From Promethearchaeota archaeon (GTDB taxonomy: Archaea; Asgardarchaeota; Lokiarchaeia; Sigyniarchaeales; SOKP01): a stretch of DNA of 64,000 bases. The notes under the pieces were generated by a model. The model saw only the letters and a list, made by a program, of their open reading frames with translations. It did no database searches and had not been told where the DNA came from. The stretch spans positions 128,001 through 192,000 of the forward strand of contig JAEOUA010000012.1 of assembly GCA_016839555.1 (NCBI GenBank), written 5' to 3'. Shown one piece after another: positions 60,426-64,000 of this stretch (positions are counted from its first letter, which is position 1; each line of letters opens with the position of its first letter). The position numbers and the translations under genes were made by a program.

Positions 60426-61280
60426 TTAAAGAGAACTGAGGAATTCCTGAACCTTATTTTGAATTTTATTCCCTAAGTCTTCTGAAATATTTCTCATGAT
60501 AAAGTTTCTTATGAGATTTAATCGAGTTTTTCCTATTTTAGAAATCTTTAAATCGTGCTGCATTGAATCAATTAAATCTGTATCGTAAATTTCCTTTACA
60601 TCTTCCAAAATTTTTACCGTATAATTTACTTCTTTTAAAAAATTGTTAATATCTTGTTGTATTAAAACAATTTGTTCCTCAGGATTGAAAATTTCTAAGG
60701 CTTTTTTAACTAAAAGCTCCTCGAATGAAAGTTTCTCTTCCCATGGAGTTTGCATAATATTATTATGGGCATCTATTAAGAGAGCATTTGTATTTTTTAA
60801 AGTAATTTGATTATAATCAGTTTCTGCAATGAATTCAATATTTTTAGCAGTATTATATTGATTTTGCGTTATTCTATTTAAAAAGTTATTAATTTGATTC
60901 TTAAATTCTTCAGAAATATTTTCTCTTATTATATATGCATGATATCCGAAAAATTTTGAATGAACCAAACTAAAAACTCCATATAATCCAAAAATATTAA
61001 TCAATTGATTAAGATTTAGTTTTCCCTTAAATATTTTTTCTCTTTCCCCTTTTTCAGTGGGAGCCCCCATAAGAATGTCAATTTTTTCATATCCTCTTAC
61101 TAAACCTTTTGTATCTAAAAATACAATAAATTGATGATCAGGACAAACGGCTCCCGGAGGTACTTGAATTTTAATGCTCCCAAATTGCTTCTGTGCGAAT
61201 ATTTTCTCGGGAATTTCTATCGTACTTTTAGCTTGACATACAGGACAAGTTAAATCTATCTTCCTTTTTGTAATTTCCAT
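60426..61280 (-). CDS. Hypothetical protein with N-terminal zinc-ribbon-like motif
   Basis: CPVC..CPDHQFIVFLD..VRGYEKID. Confidence 0.7.
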   Translation of the reverse strand: MEITKRKIDLTCPVCQAKSTIEIPEKIFAQKQFGSIKIQVPPGAVCPDHQFIVFLDTKGLVRGYEKIDILMGAPTEKGEREKIFKGKLNLNQLINIFGLYGVFSLVHSKFFGYHAYIIRENISEEFKNQINNFLNRITQNQYNTAKNIEFIAETDYNQITLKNTNALLIDAHNNIMQTPWEEKLSFEELLVKKALEIFNPEEQIVLIQQDINNFLKEVNYTVKILEDVKEIYDTDLIDSMQHDLKISKIGKTRLNLIRNFIMRNISEDLGNKIQNKVQEFLSSL

Positions 61281-61536
61281 TTTGTAATACCTTAAGATCT
61301 AATAATGTTAATAGCAACTAATCTCTAATATTCAGCTACATTAAAAATAAAAATAGATCTATATTAATATATGGTTTTTTAGATTGTGTGAAAATATAAT
61401 ATTTTAGGAATAAAATAATTAAACTATTAGAATTTATTTCTTTAATTTTATAGAAATATTATTTCAATTATAATTTTTCATTCTTTCTTTATTCGCCTAA
61501 TGATCTTTGATTTGCTGAAAAAGGAGGAATAAGTGA

Positions 61537-62382
61537 TTGTCAAAAAAAAATGATAAAGACTTAATGTATAAGATTACTAAAAAATTAATCGAAATAAAAA
61601 ATCTTATTAAAAATAATAATTTAGGAGAAATCTTAAAAAAACCCGAAACTATACGGCTAATCGAATTTAGTGTATTAAATTTAAGTTGTTTAATTGAATA
61701 TTTATCAGAGAAATTGAAAGAAAAATATCTGGCAAAAGAATGGGGCAAAATATATAATCTTGGACATTTGATTAGTAGAAATGAGATTGATTTTGATGGT
61801 GTTTGGTATATAATTAACAAGAATTTTACTAAATTTGAATTATTAATTGATTCAATTATAAAAACGGAAAACTATGATTTCACAGAGCAAGAAAGATTAG
61901 AAGAGATAAAAAGAATTTATGATTTAAACGATAAATTCAATACAAATAATTTAAACGCATGTCAAGAAGAACCACTAAAAGACAAGGAGATTCCTGAAAT
62001 TAATCCAGAAGAAAGTAGAAAGTATGGAAGATTTAAAATTGAAACCATAAACTATGGTAATGAAGAGGATGGGGGAGAGTATTCTATTGTTGAATATCTA
62101 TGTTTAAAGGAAGAAGATAAATGGAAACAACTTTTATATAATATAATTAAAGGAAGAGATATTGATTATGAACATGGTAAAATAAGTGAATACTTAGATT
62201 ATCCTCTTCAACGAGTAATTTATATTGACATAGAAGATTTGATATATTATATCGAAAATGAAATTGGGATGTTATATTGTTCTATAGATAAATTCCGTTG
62301 GTATAGATATAATGTGGAACTTAAAGAGAGACCCTATTATAATAGAATTGAAAAATTACGAAAATTTAAAATACCGAATTAG
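61537..62382 (+). CDS. Hypothetical protein with a degenerate HEPN/DUF86 (HepT-like) N-terminal domain
   Basis: LSEKLKEKY..EWGKIYNLGHLISRNEIDFDGVWYII matches the DUF86 layout but lacks R-X4-H; GGAGG SD. Confidence 0.55.
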   Translation: MSKKNDKDLMYKITKKLIEIKNLIKNNNLGEILKKPETIRLIEFSVLNLSCLIEYLSEKLKEKYLAKEWGKIYNLGHLISRNEIDFDGVWYIINKNFTKFELLIDSIIKTENYDFTEQERLEEIKRIYDLNDKFNTNNLNACQEEPLKDKEIPEINPEESRKYGRFKIETINYGNEEDGGEYSIVEYLCLKEEDKWKQLLYNIIKGRDIDYEHGKISEYLDYPLQRVIYIDIEDLIYYIENEIGMLYCSIDKFRWYRYNVELKERPYYNRIEKLRKFKIPN

Positions 62383-62453
62383 CTAAAATGCTCAAATTTA
62401 TAAATTACTTAATTCTACCATAATTATTCGAATTATTAGTCTTTCTTAGAATT

Positions 62454-63344
62454 ATGATTATTACTGGTATAGATGACGAAAAATGTATTAAATGTTTAGA
62501 ATGTGTTAAAGAATGTCCATCTGGACTTTTTTATAAACCCCCTACTCAAATTGGTGAAAAACGAGTAGTAAAATTTAAAGGACAAGAGGGATGCATTGAA
62601 TGTGGTCATTGCATTGCTGTGTGTCCAACAGATGCGATCTTATATGAGGAGGCGGAAAAACCACTGAAATTTGAAAATATTAAAGATCCTGCTTCATTAA
62701 TCAATTATGATATTTTATTAAAAGCTTTCCAAGCGAGACGATCTATTAGAAGATATAAAAAACAAACGGTTTCTAAATCTGATATTGAAACAATTCTTAA
62801 GGCAATGAGGTACTCTCCGACTGCTCAGAATTCTCGCTCATGGAAATATATTGTCATTCAAGATGAGGAAAAAAGGGATCCAATAAGAAATAAAGTTATT
62901 AAAATGTTAGGATTACTCAAAAAACTTGTTGATCATAAAAGAATTTTAAAATACTTTATGCCCAAAGGAATTAAGGAATTAATAACAGATCCAAAAGAAG
63001 AAATAGTGTTAGAAGATTTTTTTGAAAGAATTGAAAATGGTGAGGATCCGGTTTTTTATAACGCACCAGTTCTTTTAATTACATATAATTCAAAATATAA
63101 TGGATTTGCCGATATTGATGCAGGTATAGCATTTACTCATGGAATGTTTGCAGCTCAATCATTAGGATTAGGAACCTGCTGCATTGGATTTGCTCAAGAG
63201 GCAATAAATAGATATAAAAATTTAAAAAAAACTCTTAATATTCCAAAAGATATGAGAATAAATGGAGTCATGATTATAGGACATTCTGAGGTAAAATTCT
63301 ATAATATTCCTCCCAGAGATCCGTTAGATGTAACTTGGGTATAA
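62454..63344 (+). CDS. Nitroreductase family protein with N-terminal 2x[4Fe-4S] ferredoxin
   Basis: CIKCLECVKECP, CIECGHCIAVCP, RRSIRRY, SPTAQNSRSW, LGLGTCCIG. Confidence 0.92.
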   Translation: MIITGIDDEKCIKCLECVKECPSGLFYKPPTQIGEKRVVKFKGQEGCIECGHCIAVCPTDAILYEEAEKPLKFENIKDPASLINYDILLKAFQARRSIRRYKKQTVSKSDIETILKAMRYSPTAQNSRSWKYIVIQDEEKRDPIRNKVIKMLGLLKKLVDHKRILKYFMPKGIKELITDPKEEIVLEDFFERIENGEDPVFYNAPVLLITYNSKYNGFADIDAGIAFTHGMFAAQSLGLGTCCIGFAQEAINRYKNLKKTLNIPKDMRINGVMIIGHSEVKFYNIPPRDPLDVTWV

Positions 63345-63796
63345 AACCTAAAAAGTTAGTTTTAAAAAGAAAGTTTTAGCCTATTTTATAGACTTTTTCC
63401 TGTTTTTGCTTTTAAATTAAGACCCATTTCTATGATAATATAAATCTAGCTAATTTATTTGAACTTTCAAGTAAGTGAGAGAGAATGAAATAACCTTTAC
63501 TATAAATTGAATTAAACTGAATAATTTTTATAGATTCTTATTAATTATGACATTGGCATTAAATATGACTTATTAAATCAAAATTATTTCAAAACTGATA
63601 ATAATGAACAGATATGATCATTTACTAAATTAATCCTCACAAATTAATCCTAACTTTCAAAAAGCTATAAAAATTATTCAAGAATTGAAATGATACAAAG
63701 TTTAAAATATTTTGATTTCTCCACCCATTATGTTAATAGATATTCAACTATAAATAATTAATAAGATACTAAATTTAAAAAATAAAAAAATAGATA

Positions 63797-64000
63797 TTAA
63801 TCTTTTGCTATCATGACGCTAGTAGCTTTTATAACCGCGTAGGCTTTTACTCCCTCTTTTAGCCCTAATCGCTCTGCAGAGTTCTTTGTAATTATTGAGG
63901 TAATTTCTATTCCTCCAGGGAGTTCAATTGTTATCTCTGAATTGACCGCTCCATGAATTACTTTTTTAATTGTACCTTTTAATTGATTTCGAGCACTCCA
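63797..64000 (-). CDS. Molybdate/tungstate-binding TOBE protein (Mop-like), 5' end outside window
   Basis: Manual translation WSARNQLKGTIKKVIHGAVNSEITIELPGGIEITSIITKNSAERLGLKEGVKAYAVIKATSVMIAKD*. Confidence 0.9.
   Translation of the reverse strand, partial: WSARNQLKGTIKKVIHGAVNSEITIELPGGIEITSIITKNSAERLGLKEGVKAYAVIKATSVMIAKD

Noticed and set aside
2223-61820. Numerous 60-153 aa ORFs antisense to or nested in long genes (e.g. 2223-2441, 4459-4722, 20605-21066, 43067-43402, 57473-57757, 61497-61820)
   Set aside because: They are shadow frames of well-supported genes and have no motifs of their own
1-64000. CRISPR array, rRNA, transposase or integrase
   Set aside because: I saw no regularly spaced repeats, no long GC-rich structural RNA and no recombinase motifs

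Overview
AT-rich archaeal chromosomal DNA. Its gene content points to Asgard archaea, most likely Lokiarchaeia: longin-like proteins, LRR/HEAT proteins, Ftr, archaeal Hsp20, an intron-containing tRNA and GGTGA/GTGAT ribosome-binding sites. This assignment is inferred from gene content only. About 52 protein genes or fragments and one tRNA-His with two bulge-helix-bulge introns are supported. I found no rRNA, CRISPR array or transposase. The standout is a tightly coupled six-gene minus-strand operon (13627-22814). It encodes two ABC-2 permeases, a normal ABC ATPase, and a 1057-aa fusion of a membrane-flanked prenyltransferase-repeat domain to an intact ABC ATPase. It also encodes an RWD/UEV-like domain fused to a catalytically dead ABC ATPase, and a longin-domain 4-TM protein. 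Together these look like an ABC exporter wired to eukaryote-like trafficking/ubiquitin-fold modules. Other highlights are a cytoplasmic protein resembling the adaptor mu-homology domain, two paralogous longin-like helical proteins flanking an ATPase/Hsp20 pair, and a SAM methyltransferase next to a fused HgcAB-like corrinoid protein. The window also holds three FAD oxidoreductases with two CCG Fe-S partners, a tandem LRR duplication, several gene relics (trpA 3' end, FAD-oxidoreductase 3' end, nonsense-split PAS histidine kinase) and two genes that appear to need non-ATG/GTG/TTG starts. All domain calls are by eye from motifs; no searches were run.
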